Assembly: GCA_012295275.1 (NCBI GenBank)
Contig: CM022678.1
Span: 7,068,001-7,132,000 of the forward strand
Direction of reading: 5' to 3'
Length of the DNA stretch: 64,000 bases
Origin: Chrysomallon squamiferum
Taxonomy: Eukaryota > Animalia > Mollusca
Shown: in pieces, positions 1 to 40,024 of the stretch
Position numbering within the stretch: position 1 is the stretch's first letter
Layout: each line of letters starts with the position of its first letter
Notes under the pieces: generated by a model
Told to the model about the DNA's origin: nothing
The model's database searches: none
What the model saw: the letters and a program-made list of their open reading frames with translations, nothing else
Position numbers and translations under genes: made by a program

Positions 1-547
1 GCGTCAGAGCAGCTCTTGATGTTTCATTTGCAACAAACATAACAGTTATGATAACACAATGATATCTGAAAATATAAAAGTAGAATGTGTAGAACAGTAG
101 CTGGTGTAACAGTAGTAGTAGTAGCAGCAGTAGCAGTAGTATTTGTAGAGCAGTTGAAGTAGTAATAATAATCGTAGAAGTAGTAGTAGTTGCAAAGGTA
201 TCAGTACGAGTGATATTAGTAATAGTAATGTTGCAGTAGTAATGATAATGCTGGTGATGATTTTCTTAGTAGTAGCTGTTGTTGTTGTTGTTCCTGATGT
301 TGTGATTGTTGTATTAACAGTTGCTGGTATTACTGTTGTCTTAAATATAATTGTAGAATTAATAATGGCAATATAGTAATAGTAATAGTGATAGAAGCAG
401 TAATACTAGACAATGTTTTTATTATTTTTATTATTATTTTATTTTATTAATTTTTATTATTTATCTTTGTGATAGTATTTTTGCTGTAATGTTTTTTTTT
501 TTCTATCTCTTTAGATTAAAAACTGAAAATTATGTTTTAAATTACAG

Positions 548-6030
<5,483 letters not shown>

Positions 6031-6684
6031 GCAATATCGTTACGTCATACTGCTAGTTACAATAAATAGAAGGATCCTGTTGTATTAAATATGATAGAAG
6101 CTGATCAAAACTCGTGACTTCCAAACATTTTTTTCATATAATAGTTTGTTTAATGGCAAAATTATGCTTATATTATAAAATGTATTAATGTTAATACGAA
6201 CTATATCGAGAGAATATGTTCTAAATGTTAATACATATATGCTGTTTGTAAAGTGTGTGTTTGTTTTGGGATTTTTTGTTTTTGTTTTATTTTGTTGTAT
6301 TTGTTGTTGTTGGTTTTTTTTGGTTGTTGTTGTTGTTTTTTCAAATTTTTACAGATTTTGAGAAACGCTACCTCCTAAATAGTTTTTGAAATAGTTTTAT
6401 GTAGATTTATAAATGTATTTTTTCTAGAAGTAGGTCTGGGTGAAACATTAATATTTTTATAGATGATTGAGAAAGGATACTTTCTAAATAGATTTTAGAA
6501 TAGTTTTAAACAGATTTACATTTTCTTCGTTGTTCTTGAAGTGTGTTTTTCTTTTTAATAATTCAAGAGTGTTTTACCTTTTAATTCATAAACACATCTA
6601 TACATCTATACGTACAAACAAACATACACATGTACATACATAGATACATACATACATACATAAATATATACATGCATGCATACA

Positions 6685-10947
<4,263 letters not shown>

Positions 10948-11872
10948 TGTTAAAAACAGAGTATAAATGATATTTTAGTAAAGAAACAACAGATAAAATA
11001 CACACATCATATACACTTGTATGTATGTATGTATGTATGTATGTATGTGTGTTTATGTTTGTGTGTGTAATTTATATATGAAAAAAAAAACACACACACA
11101 CACGGATATATATGTTGTATATATAAATAAATACTGTATAAGTAAATTAATAAATGTTATGTAAATATCTACTTTTATGAAAACGAGCCAATTTGTTTAA
11201 AATAAATTACTAGTACTACTACTTCCAACACCACTACTACTACTACTACTTTACTACTACAATTATTATTATTATTATTATTATTATTACTTCTACTGAA
11301 CTGCTGTTATTATTACTATTATTATTATTATTATCGTTATCATTATCATTATCATCATCAGCAACGTCATTATTATTATTATTATTATTATTATCATCAT
11401 TATTATTATCATTATCATCATCATCATCATCATTATTACTACTACTTCTACTACTACTACTATTATTACTTACCTGCATTAATTAGCACAACGTTACTCC
11501 CACGCAAAACGAAACGAAGGAAACAAAAAGAAAACGAAAAAAAACCAACAAAATAAAATTTAAAATTTAAAATCAGCGAGTGCAATAAATCAGGAAATTT
11601 AACCCCAGACTCCTCCTAGTAGTGAAACTGATTAATCATAAACTCGACTAATGTAAATACTGAACTCACAATGTGTCACAGACAATAGTGCAAGACGCAA
11701 AAGAGTTATTAAGCACACGAGGTCAAACGCACTTTGTGATGAAACGAAAGGATGTAACAATAGTGCATTCACTGCGAGTCTGGTCACGATTTAATGGTTA
11801 CTCTCTGATGGGATACAGGGGAGGATGGGTCGGGCAGAGGGCGTATCTCGTGCATATATATATATATATATA

Positions 11873-12283
11873 TAGGGTGTCCCAGAAGTCACGCACCATG
11901 AAGATTTTTATTTAGATACATACGAATAAAAAATGTATTAATAATAATCATAACAAATGCTCAAATTGCTTGCCCTATGCATTGATACATACTGTTTTTT
12001 ACTCTGTTGAGGGTTTCATACTAATTTTTTGACATTCAGTTGTTATTGCATCTTTCAAATCATTAAGAGTTCGTGGACGATTCTGGTAAACAACAGATTT
12101 AAGATGTCCCCAAAGAAAATAGTCAAGAGGTGACAGATCTGGTGATCGAGGTGGCCACTCCACAGGACCTCTTCGCCCAATCCATCTGTCAGGAAAAGTC
12201 TGATTCAGGATATAATATAATAAAAAATATAAAAAAAATAAAATATTATATACATGTATATGGTCCACGACTTCTGGGACACC

Positions 12284-12286
<3 letters not shown>
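11873..12286 (-). mobile_element. Internally deleted Tc1/mariner transposon retaining the catalytic C-terminal segment
   Basis: TIRs (C/T)AGGGTGTCCCAGAAGTC at both ends inside (TA)n. Minus-strand peptide FPDRWIGRRGPVEWPPRSPDLSPLDYFLWGHLKSVVY contains the third catalytic Asp motif. Confidence 0.9.
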
Positions 12287-12321
<35 letters not shown>

Positions 12322-12960
12322 GTAAACTGTTATTATCCCGTTTACTTGTGTATATGGTAAACACGTATATAAATGATTTTTATTTTTATTTTTATTTCAG
12401 CATCTCCCACTGTCGCACGTCCAAACCATCTGTCAGGTACCACACCTTCTGCACGAGATGATCCCTCTCCCCCACCCAAATATATTTATTTATTTATATC
12501 TGTAAACTATTATTATATTACAAAGGTATGTATGTATGTATGTATGTATGTATGTATGTATGTATGTATGTATGTATGTGTGAATGTGTGGGTGTCTGGG
12601 TGTGTATATATGTCTATATAAATATATGTATGAATCCAAAAATAGGAATACAAAGATAAAAACTAATTTTAATTAATTAATATTCAAAAAGTGTGAATCT
12701 CATTTTAAGAGAAACGAAAGCGTTTGTTCATCTTGTAGAATTGTATCATTTCCTATTTTATAATTCATAATATTACAGTCTACAGCAAATACCTCTTATT
12801 TTTGTTTATCCTGTAACAGACACACAGAATTGTATTAGTCCTTCCTTATTCTTCAACAGTGCCATATACAGAACTGATGTTTACTTAAGTTTACTTCAGT
12901 CTTACGAATCAATGTGTTCCCCTTCGTGAGTATCTAAATCGTTAAACTGAAAACTTTACT

Positions 12961-13545
12961 TTCGACGTAATCTTGATTTATCAATTATTATGGTGCAAAG
13001 TAGAACTTTGAATTTGACATTTCTTATTAGTAAATGATGTAAATAGCAGTCTTCATTTTTCTTTTTTTTTTTTAATCAGGTTCACTTCTCAAAAAATATT
13101 AAACATTTATTATTATTATTATTATTATTAAAAAACGAAAATAAATTTTATGCTGTCAATGGTTGCAACATGTTTTATTTCAAAACGTCTTTTCAAAGTC
13201 AATTTAACCTTTTAATTAATGAACCTATATGAACGTATCATTATATATACAATAATTAGAATATCCGTAGATACGTTCATATAGGTTCATTAATTAAAAG
13301 GTTAAATTGACCTTGAAAAGACGTTTTGAAATAAAACATGTTGCAACCATTGACAGCAGAAAATTTATTTTCGTTTTTTAATAATAATAATAATAATAAA
13401 TGTTTAATATTTTTTGAGAAGTGAACCTGATTAAAAAAAAAAAAGAAAAATGAAGACTGCTATTTACATCATTTACTAATAAGAAATGTCAAATTCAAAG
13501 TTCTACTTTGCACCATAATAATTGATAAATCAAGATTACGTCGAA
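12961..13545. repeat. Near-perfect palindrome/hairpin with ~280-bp arms and a 30-nt spacer
   Basis: 12961-13239 is the reverse complement of 13270-13545, with about two substitutions and one ATT-repeat length difference seen by eye. Confidence 0.93.
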
Positions 13546-14179
13546 TCATCAGTATCATCATCAGCAACATCATTATTATTATTATAATTATTATTATTAT
13601 CATTATTATCATCATCATCATCATCATCATTATCATTGCTACTACTACTACTACTACTACAATTACTTACCTGCATTAATAAATCAGAGAGTGCAATAAA
13701 TCAGGAAATTTAACCCCAGACTCCTCCTAGTAGTGAAACTGATTAATTATGGACTCGATTAATGTAAATACTGAACTCAGAATGTGTCACAGACAATAGT
13801 GAAAGACGACAAAGAGTAATTAAGCACACGTGGTCAAACGCACTTTGTGATGAAACAAAAGGATGTAACAATAGTGCATTCACTGCGTGTCTGGTCACGG
13901 TTGTTTAGACACTGGAGGATATCGATTTAATGGTTACGCTCTGAAGGGTTGGTGCGGGAGAGGGATTATCTCGTTGCAGAAGGTGCGGTACCTGACAGAT
14001 GATAACTATCTAAATCGTTAAACTGAAAACTTTTACTTTCGACTGAATCTTGATTTATCAATTATTGTGCAAAGTAGAACTTTGAATTTGACATTTCATG
14101 TTAGTAAATGATGTAAACAGCATTGTTCTTTTTTTTTTTTTTTTTGTTAATCTGGTTCATTTCTCAAAAAATATTAAAC

Positions 14180-14214
<35 letters not shown>

Positions 14215-14269
14215 TACTATTTTTGCTTCGTTTGTAACGAAGATAACTGTATTATAAGAAAAGTTTGAT

Positions 14270-14700
14270 ATCAACGAGATATTCGACTGAATCCATTTAA
14301 ATTAGATATTCCACTGGATCGACTTAAATTCGATATTCGACTTAAATAAGATATTCGACATAATGACTAATGAATTTTAAACTAAATCAAATCTGTTATC
14401 AGTAAAAACTCTATCAATTCATTTGCACTGCTAATGTTATTCTTGCCTATTTACATGTTCCGCTACAATGTCTGTTGAATTTTAAACTTAATCAAGTCTG
14501 TTCTCAGTAAAAACTGCATCGTATTATAAGTTCATAAAATGCAATTATTATTGCAGATATCTTCGATGTCAGCGATGTATTCGACATAAGCGATATTCGA
14601 TATAATCGATAAAATCCATATATACGATATAAGCGAGATGTTTGATTTAATCGATATATTCGTTATAATCGATATATTCGATATAAGCGAGATGTTTTAC
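14270..14700. repeat. Degenerate short-unit array (GATATTCGAYATAAGC-like) inside a ~0.9-kb insertion
   Basis: Recurrent TTCGAC/TTCGAT/ATCGAT words at 14270-14360 and 14560-14700. A related reverse-complement stretch lies at about 16015-16100. Confidence 0.55.
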
Positions 14701-15097
14701 ACTTAAGCTTTTTCTCGATAGATTGTTTGTCTTTTTGTTTGTTTGTTGTCTTGTTTAGAAGCATTTTCTTTCTTTCGTCTTTTGGGGCCATACTTTCGGA
14801 ACATCCACCCAAATAACTGATAAAACAAAAGCGCTGTCGATTATATGTTCACAAAGGTAGAGCTATTCATATTTCTTGTTTTATTATTTATCCAGTCATG
14901 CGTGGTCTTGTTTATGTGCTGTGCACAAGATCGCGCTCAGTGAACACACAAGAAGACCAAAAATATTTGAATAACCGAAACAGAGATAAAACAATATTCT
15001 ATCAAAACAGTTTATTTAAAATAATAAAATAATAGTAGCAGAATAGATAGGCATAAATGCAATATCAAAACATGTTTTTCTTTTTATATTTATATTA

Positions 15098-15132
<35 letters not shown>

Positions 15133-16408
15133 ATTATTATTATTATTATTATTTGTATTTATTATTATTATTTTTTAATAGCGAAATTAAAGGTTCTGCT
15201 GTAAATGGTTGCAACATGTTTTATTTCAAAAGGTCTTTTCAGAGTCAATTTAACCTTTTAATTAATTAATATATATGAACGTATCTACGGATTTTCTAAT
15301 TATTGTATATATATATATATTATATATTATATTGTTCGAATTCTGAAAATGCAGTGTGTTACTGTGGCAGATAACAGACATAGTGTATATATCTGTAAAC
15401 TGTTATTATGCCGTTTACTTGTGTATATGGTAAACACGGACATAAATGATTATGTCGATTACCTACTCTAATTCAGGCCGTTATTAACAATCCATAATCT
15501 AAAAGTGCAGTTTTGTATTGGGGCAAATAGTAGAAAAAATATATTGAATTTTCTATTACAAACTCTAATTCAGGCCTATCGTAAGAGTTTCTCATTCTAA
15601 AGAAGATCGTGCAACAGAATATTAATAATAACTACGGCGAATCGAATTTACAGTGCATAAAATGCACTTACAGCAAAACGTATCAAGCTACTTCATCTAT
15701 TTAACGAGACGGTCACAACGTCCTGGTTGGCGTGACAGCATGCACGTCATCATAAATCTGTTAACTGGATAAAACAAACATGTTTATTGTTGTGTAGTTC
15801 ACGCCCATCAAGTAATGGCCGCATCTGGACATATAACAACACGTTTTGTTTTTTTAATTTATGTTTCTATTTTAATTTATAAATCTATAATTTATAATTT
15901 ATTATATGCGTGTTGTTTAAAATAGCAAATACAGCAACATATGGAAGTATCGTTCAGGAAAACAAACACGTTAATTTTAATTTTCTAGAAGTTTGACAAA
16001 GGGCATAATACCGCTTCAGTCGAATGTCTCGCTTACATCGTAAATGACGAATATCTTCGTAAAGTTGAATGTATCGGCTATGTCGAAACATCTATAACTC
16101 GAAAAAATGGTTTGGTTTATTTTATTATTGTTATTTTTACTAGTGCATTCCTACCATCAAACTACATTCGGTGAGAACGCTTGTAAATTTTACTAATTAA
16201 AACACATACAAAAAACGGAAAGATTCGACCCGAATTAAATATGAAATAATAAGGGATCGTTGTGGAAAGTTGAATGTTTTGTTTCTGTGGTGTTGTGCAC
16301 TGTTTTCTGGTGACATTCGCTTACAGATCTAAAACACGTTTACAGGTTTATAATAAACTCCATTCACTTTGACGATATAGCGAATCTGTCCATATCTAAG
16401 CCATATTA

Positions 16409-16477
<69 letters not shown>

Positions 16478-16684
16478 TTAATTATTCAGTCATAACCATA
16501 CACCTGTTACGTGTGTGCGGGTAGTATTATCACCTATAAAACATAAAATAGACAGTTTTCAGCTGTCATCGCAGAAAAGAAAAGATGATGTGGCTGGCAC
16601 AAATCTGAAATCTATTTGGATTCCAACGACAATATTTTCTAAAACAATACATTTTGTGTTTTCTGACGTACTTAATAAGATTTG

Positions 16685-16723
<39 letters not shown>

Positions 16724-17102
16724 TATGCATGAAGTTCATACCGGTTTGCCGGATGTAATCAATAAAGTGTGTAAATATGTTACGTATACTTAAAGATCGC
16801 TCAACAGTTCTGATGACGTCATACTATTATGACGTCATAATGCGATACTCATTACTCCGGTTCGAGTTTAACAGATTAAGGAGCCTGCATAAGTAAAAGT
16901 ATTTTGTTCTTTATAATTATTATTACTTTTGTTGTTGTTACAATTAGCAGTAGCAATAATAATAGCTAGTGTTGTTTTTAACTACAGTTTGTATGACGGT
17001 TACAGTTGTTGTGGTTGTTGCTGTTTCTGCTACTACCCATACAGCTTTTTCATATTTATTTATTTTATTTTATTTTATTTTATTTTATTTTATTTTATTT
17101 AA

Positions 17103-17968
17103 GTGACACTGAAAAATACATCATCAGCAATGGTGGGCGCTATTTTTGCTGTTTACGAAATCGTGCAGATCATATCCTCTACAACGTTAGGCAAACACGT
17201 ACGTATTTTATTAATATATTTATTTTATTATCTACGCCATTATGTTTGTGCCATGCAACAAGACAACAGTTCAAGCACGCCTATCGTGCCTACACCATCT
17301 GGCGTTTTGTATAGACTTTTTATTATAAACGATAATTTATGTCATTTCAGATGAACAAAATTGGATTTCATTTCCTCTTTATAACCGGTATTCTCGTTTG
17401 TGGACTTGGCACAATTTTGTTTGGGTAGGGGATCCTCGTTTTCTATTCATCAATATAAAGAAATGCAACAACAAAGTTAAAAAGAAATAATAAAAAAATT
17501 AAAATAAAAGAAATTAAAGAAAAAGAGATCAAAAACAAAAAAACATACAACAAAACAGAAAAAAAAAAAAAAAAAGAAATAAATAAAAGAAAGAATGAAA
17601 GAAAGTATCCCATCTAAAATAATATAAATTACAAAATGCAATTCTTAACTTCCTTTTCGAAACAAATATCGGTTCTTAGTTTTCTTTAAACGGAAAAAAA
17701 AAAAAATCTGGAATACAAACAAAAAACCAAACAACAAACAAACAAAAAACAACAACATTAAACCAACGTACGACCTTTTCTGTTATTCATCATAAATAAC
17801 AAAGTTTGATCTTTTTGCAGTTTCCTCGATTTCTGTCCATCGGGCGCCATTTTTATTATTCTGTCTTTCGTAATTCGCGCCCTTCAGGCATTTGCCTCAT
17901 CCGGATATATAACAGCAAGTTTTGCATTTACGACAGCAAGTTACCCTGACAACTACGCAACAATGACA
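17103..17968 (+). pseudogene. Orphan SLC18B1-like fragment, exons 2-4 only
   Basis: Exon 2 17103-17198 (VTLKNTSSAMVGAIFAVYEIVQIISSTTLGKH; the expected acceptor reads AA), exon 3 17351-17424, exon 4 17821-17968. Lengths 96/74/148 equal those in B/C. No exons 5-13 were found before copy B. Confidence 0.8.
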
Positions 17969-18344
17969 GTGAGTACACACCGTCTACCGTATACGTATCG
18001 AGAAAATCATTATCTGCACTATTTTTGCATACATTATCTGCATACATACTTATATACATACATATACACATACATACGTATATACGTACATAAATACATA
18101 TACATATTATACACAGACGCGCATAAATCCATATATATTTATATTTTTTTGTGTATATATGTACGTATCTGTGTATGTATGTATGTATGCATGTGTGTGT
18201 AAGTATGTATGCATGTATGATTAACATTAGTATTAGTAAATTAGATAAAATGTTCTTAAATCATTGATTATAATCATTTATTTACATGTATATTTTTCAA
18301 ATACACTGGATATATGATTTCTCTCTGTCTCTCTCTCTCCAGAT

Positions 18345-18930
18345 TCAAGACGTAAGTAAACCTAGGAATAGCATTACGACAAGACGTAAGTAAACTTAGA
18401 CACCAGATTAAGACAAGACGTAAGTAAACCTAGATACCAGATTAAGACAAGACGTAAGTAAACCTAGGAATAGCATTACGACAAGACGTAAGTAAACTTA
18501 GACACCAGATTAAGACAAGACGTAAGTAAACCTAGGAATAGCATTACCAGCATTGAGACAAGAACTACGTGAACAAGAACTAATATTACGTCCAGAAATA
18601 AGAGAACCTACGCAAATTATTACGTCATGCCGTAGGTGAATATAAATGCACGTAGTTAAGGCGTACGTAGCAATACCTTGATGTAGTATTAAGCCAAATT
18701 GCACGTGAATCTAGGTGTAATATTAAAGTATGACGTAAGTACACTTAGTGATAGTAAGCTAACACGTAAGTTAACATAGATGTAGTATTAACTCAAGACC
18801 TAAACACAGTATTAAGTTAAATTAATCTAAATAAGGCACTAAGCCAAACAGTAAGTAAACATACGAACAGTATTGTGTCAAACGTAAGTAAACATAGATG
18901 TAGTATTACGTCAACATGTAAGTGAACCTA
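18345..18930. repeat. 34-bp minisatellite containing GTAAGT, degenerating rightward
   Basis: CGTAAGTAAAC at 18351, 18385, 18419, 18453, 18487 and 18521 (exact 34-bp period, two unit variants), then decayed copies to about 18930. Confidence 0.9.
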
Positions 18931-19244
18931 CTAAGTGTGGTAATAAATCGAGATTATTATCATTATTATTATTACTATTATTATTATTATTATTACTATT
19001 ATTATTACTGTTACTATTATTATTATTATTATTATTAATATTATTATTGTTATTATATTATTACTATTAAAGTTATTATTACTATTACTATTAATGTTAT
19101 TATTATGATTATTATTATTATTATTATCATTGTTATTATTATTATTACTATTAAAGTTATTATTACTATTACTATTAATGTTATTATTATTATTATTATC
19201 ATTGTTATTATTATTATTACTATTAAAGTTATTATTACTATTAA

Positions 19245-19283
<39 letters not shown>

Positions 19284-19333
19284 CATTGTTATTATTATTA
19301 CTATTAAAGTTATTATTACTATTACTATTAATG

Positions 19334-19370
<37 letters not shown>

Positions 19371-20244
19371 ATTCAGAAAATAAGATAAGATTCTAGCGAT
19401 AAATTGTACTTCCTATCCGCACAAAAGTACATTCATACAGTTATGCATATTAGACAGAAATTAAATATTTTATTAGTTTGCTTTCATTTTTCGTAGTCAT
19501 CACGGTTAACGATGTGTAGCTAATTATTATTTATATATTCCAAGCAAGGATGAGCTCTGAACATATTAAAATAATAAATAATTAATTCATTACTTATTTC
19601 ATCGGAAAGTTTCACAACTGAACCATCTAAGGTTGGTTACTGCTGTTGTTTTTCGAAACTTGTTTAAACGGAAATCAACGTATTCGTTGGAGGTAGTAGA
19701 TGTTGTGGTAGGAAAAGTAATAGTAACTGTAGTAATAGCAGTAATAGTAAGAGCTGTAGTAGTAGTTTTAATAGTAATAGTAATTCTAATAGCAGGGATA
19801 GTTGCAGGATTGTAATAATAGTGGTAATAGTAGTGTTGGTAGTGGTGATAGTAGTAATAGTAACAGTAATTAAAGTTAGCCGTTATTCATGGAATAGTGC
19901 TTGAGGTTGTAGGGGTAATAGTAGTAATAGTAATAGTCATTACAGTAATTGTAATAATAGTAGAAATAGTAGTGTTGGTAGTGGTGACAGTAGTGGTGTT
20001 GGTAGTGCTTGTGGTAGTTGCTGTTTTGTTGTTGTAGTTGTAGATATAGTTGTTGTTGTTGTTGTTGTTGTAGCAGCAGTAGACGTAATAGTTGTTCTAG
20101 CATTAGCAGGAGTTAAAACAATAGTCTACTGGTGATTCTAGTAGTAACAGTTGCTGCTGTAGAGTAGTTGTTGTTGTTGTTGTAGTTATTATTGTTGTTG
20201 CTGTCGTTATTTGGGCACTGTAATCTTCGCTACCAGATCTGAAC

Positions 20245-27905
<7,661 letters not shown>

Positions 27906-28272
27906 CGTACTTGAATAATATGAAATGACGTCACATTATAGAACAGTACATATTAAATGATGTCACGCTACACAATAATCTTTTATATTCATATTATCAG
28001 AAACGTACATATAAACACATACAAATATAGGCTATAGACAAACACATATATTATCCTTACGTAGATACGTACATATATACATATAAACACGTACATTCAT
28101 TCATTCATTCAAACATATTTAAAGTACTAACAAAGAAAACATCCTCAATATTGCAGTGTAAGATAAGATAAGAGGAGGTAATTATTTCACCTTTTCGTGG
28201 GCTCTTATTTAGAGTTATCTCCCATTACAAACTGCAAGCGTGTTTTTCAAATACTAATACAAATGTAGTTTT

Positions 28273-28342
<70 letters not shown>

Positions 28343-28966
28343 ATATTTAGTGTGAATGAAAGTATTGTATCATAGAATCGAACAATGCTACACTCTCTTT
28401 CTTGTTAAACGTAACTTGGAATTTCCGGTGGCAATTATCTTTAGTGAATGCGTGCATGTGTCTGTGACGGTATGCGTTTGTATCCGTTATAAATAACCGA
28501 TTAAGGATTTACTCTGTAGTTTTCAAACTAAATTGTACTACAGTTTTCACGTATTGTTACAGCCTTAAAAATCTCGAATATGATTAATACTTTGTCGTAA
28601 TTCTGGGCCATATGCGATTTTTAGAAAACTGTTTTCCGATTGACAGTAAAACAAAATTGTTAGTATTTGTTAGTATTTTTGCTTTTATTTGATTTTATGT
28701 CAAATAAAAATCATGCCTATGCATGTATCTCTGTCGTTTTCTACAGTGTTGTTTTTGTGAGTGGTTTTTTTTGGGGGGGGGGTGTTTTCTTTTGTTTTGT
28801 TTTTTGTAGATATGTTATGATTACATACTATATATTAATATAGTAAATTGCGTTCATGTCTATGTATGTGTGAATTAAAAATATTAAACGTATATAAAAT
28901 TAAAGTGTACTAAAAGTAACTATTTACAACAATACGAGGAATATTTTAATAAAATAAACAAAAAAT

Positions 28967-29074
<108 letters not shown>

Positions 29075-29145
29075 CTCTCTTCTGAAAGTAACAGAACATC
29101 ACCTCTGTGTTGTTGGTTCTCATTCGATGCACAGTTTGTTTTGAT

Positions 29146-29188
<43 letters not shown>

Positions 29189-29662
29189 TCATTCTGTATG
29201 TCTGTATTTATATATATATTCAGAAAATACGATAAGATTCTAGCGATAAATTGTATTTCCTAACCGAACAATAGTACATTCATACAGTTATGCATATTAG
29301 AAAGAAATTAAATCTTTTATTAGGTTGCTTTCATTTTTTGTATTCATCACGGTTAACGATGTAAAGCTGATTATTATTTATATATTCCAAGCAAGGATGA
29401 GCTCTGAACATATTAAAATAGTAAATAATTAATTCAATACTTATTTCATCAGAAAGTTTCACAACTGAACCATCTAAGGTTGGTTACTGCTGTGTTTTTC
29501 GAAACTTATTTAAACGGAAATTAGCGTATTCGTAAACTACACTGGTACGTTAGATTCTTTAGTTGTAATGTGATTAAATGTTAGAATTTTTATTTTATTT
29601 GTGTATGTGTATGTGTGTGGGTGTATATTGGTGTGTAATGCGTGTATGTATATGTGTAGATA

Positions 29663-29908
29663 GAGGGTGGCCCAAAAGTAGGTTTACACTTATTAAACTA
29701 TCGTTTATGTGCTTGAAGTTACTTGCTAAGTACAATTAACATAAAATATTCCTCGGATCTAACTTATAATAATTTTATTAATAAATGTTGAAGGAGGACA
29801 TTTTGAGCACCTGAGAGATTAAACAGTTTCTGTTTAATGCTTGAAACATGCTTATATTTTAAAATAAATTACCTACGTAATAACTGTGAACCTACTTTTA
29901 GGCCACCC

Positions 29909-29910
<2 letters not shown>
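29663..29910 (+). mobile_element. Tc1/mariner-derived MITE
   Basis: TIRs AGGGTGGCC(C/T)AAAAGTAGGTT(T/C)ACA flanked by TA. An internal remnant encodes NVEGGHFEHLRD-stop, the typical extreme C-terminus of these transposases. Not present upstream of copy B. Confidence 0.8.
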
Positions 29911-29940
<30 letters not shown>

Positions 29941-29952
29941 TTTATATACACA

Positions 29953-30004
<52 letters not shown>

Positions 30005-30700
30005 TCTGCTTATAGGAGAATTAATAATGGTAACAGTAGAAATAATAGTAATAAAAGTCGTTGTGATAACTGTAGTAATATTAGTTGTAGGAGTAGTAGT
30101 AATAGTAGTAGTAATAGAAGCAGCAGTAGTGGTGGTAGCTGTGGTAGCTGATAGCAGTAACAGTAATACAGTAGTAAGAGCAATGGTAGTAGTAATAGTA
30201 ACAGTAATTTATGTTAGCCATTATTCATGGAATTGTGCTTGAGGTAGTAGAGGTAATAGTAGTAAAAGTAATAGTCATTACAGTAATTGTAATAATAGCA
30301 GTAATAGTAGTAAAAGTAGTAGTCATTACAGTAATTGTAATAATAGCAGTAATAGTAGTAAAAGTAGTAGTCATTACAGTAATTGTAATAATAGCAGTAA
30401 TAGTAGTAAAAGTAGTAGTCATTACAGTAATTGTAATAATAGCAGTAATAGTAGTGTTGGTAGTGGTGATAGTAGTGGTGTTGGTAGTGCTTGTGGTAGT
30501 TGCTGTTTTTGTTGTTGTAGTTGTAGATATGGTTGTTGTTGTTGTTGTTGTTCTAGCATTAGCAGGAGTTAAAACAATAGTCTACTGGTAATTCTAGTAG
30601 TAACAGTTGCTGCTGTAGAGTAGTTGTTGTTCTCGTAGTAGTTATTATTGTTGTTGCTGTCGTTATTTGGGCACTGTAATCTTTGTTACCAGATCTGAAC

Positions 30701-38796
<8,096 letters not shown>

Positions 38797-38961
38797 CGTA
38801 CTTGAATAATATGAAATGACGTCACATTATAGAACACAGTACATATTAAATGATCTCACGCTACACAATAATCTTCTATATGCATATTATCAGAAACGGA
38901 CGTAGACATACATATGTACATAGGTTATAGACAAACACATATATTATCCTTACGTAGATAC

Positions 38962-39028
<67 letters not shown>

Positions 39029-39049
39029 ATATATATATATATATATACA

Positions 39050-39121
<72 letters not shown>

Positions 39122-39297
39122 TCATTCAATTCATTCATTCATTTAAAGCACCAACAAAGAAAAGATCCTCAGTATTGCAGTGTAAGAAAAGATAAGAGGA
39201 GGTAATTATTTCACCTTTTCGTGGGCTCTTATTTAGAGTTATCTCCCATTACAAACTGCAAGCGTGTTGTGTAATACTAATACAAATGTAGTTTTGG

Positions 39298-39329
<32 letters not shown>

Positions 39330-39949
39330 ATTTAGTGTGACTGAAACAGTTACATCATAGAATCGAACAATGCTACACTGTCTTTCTTGTTAAACGTAAC
39401 TTGGAATTTCCGGTGGCAATTATCTTTAGTGAATGCGTGCATGTGTCTGTGACGGTATGCGTTTGTATCCGTTATAAATAACCGATTAAGGATTTACTCT
39501 GTAGTTTTCAAACTAAATTGTACTACAGTTTTCACGTATTGCTACAGCCTCAAAAATCTCGAATATGATTAATACTTTGTCGTATTCTGGGCCATAAGCG
39601 ATTTTTAGAAAACTGTTTTTCGATTGACAGTAAAATAAAGTTATTAGTGTTTGTACCTAATATAAATCACGCCTTTTATACCAAATATAAATCTGTCGTT
39701 TGCTGCAGTGTTGTTTTTGTGTGTTGTGTGTTTTTTTTTTTTTTTTTGTGTTTTGTTTTTTGTTGTTGTTTTGGGTAGGTTGTTATGATTACATACTATA
39801 TATTAATATATATATATATGTTGTTCTAAATCGCGTTCGTGTTTGTATGTATGTGTGAAACAAGAATATTAAACGTATATAAAATTAAAATGTACTAAAA
39901 GTAACTATTTACAACAATACTGGGAATATGTTAAAATAAACACAAAAAT

Positions 39950-40024
<75 letters not shown>

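Larger units (their letters stand above)
11350..13950. repeat. Direct duplication of the pseudogene's upstream region: ~11350-11815 versus ~13550-13950
   Basis: Both share TACCTGCATTAAT...GTGCAATAAATCAGGAAATTTAACCCCAGACTCCTCCTAGTAGTGAAACTG...GGTCAAACGCACTTTGTGATGAAAC. Confidence 0.88.

Noticed and set aside
16255-16325. Possible degenerate exon 1 of the orphan SLC18B1 fragment
   Set aside because: Only weak similarity (…VVLCTVF/LVTFAY), needing a frameshift and lacking the PFFPHE end; not listed as a feature.
18345-18560. CRISPR-like appearance of regularly spaced repeats (also 56515-57175)
   Set aside because: Eukaryotic context with no cas genes. The spacers are re-used variants or related to each other, so these are minisatellites.
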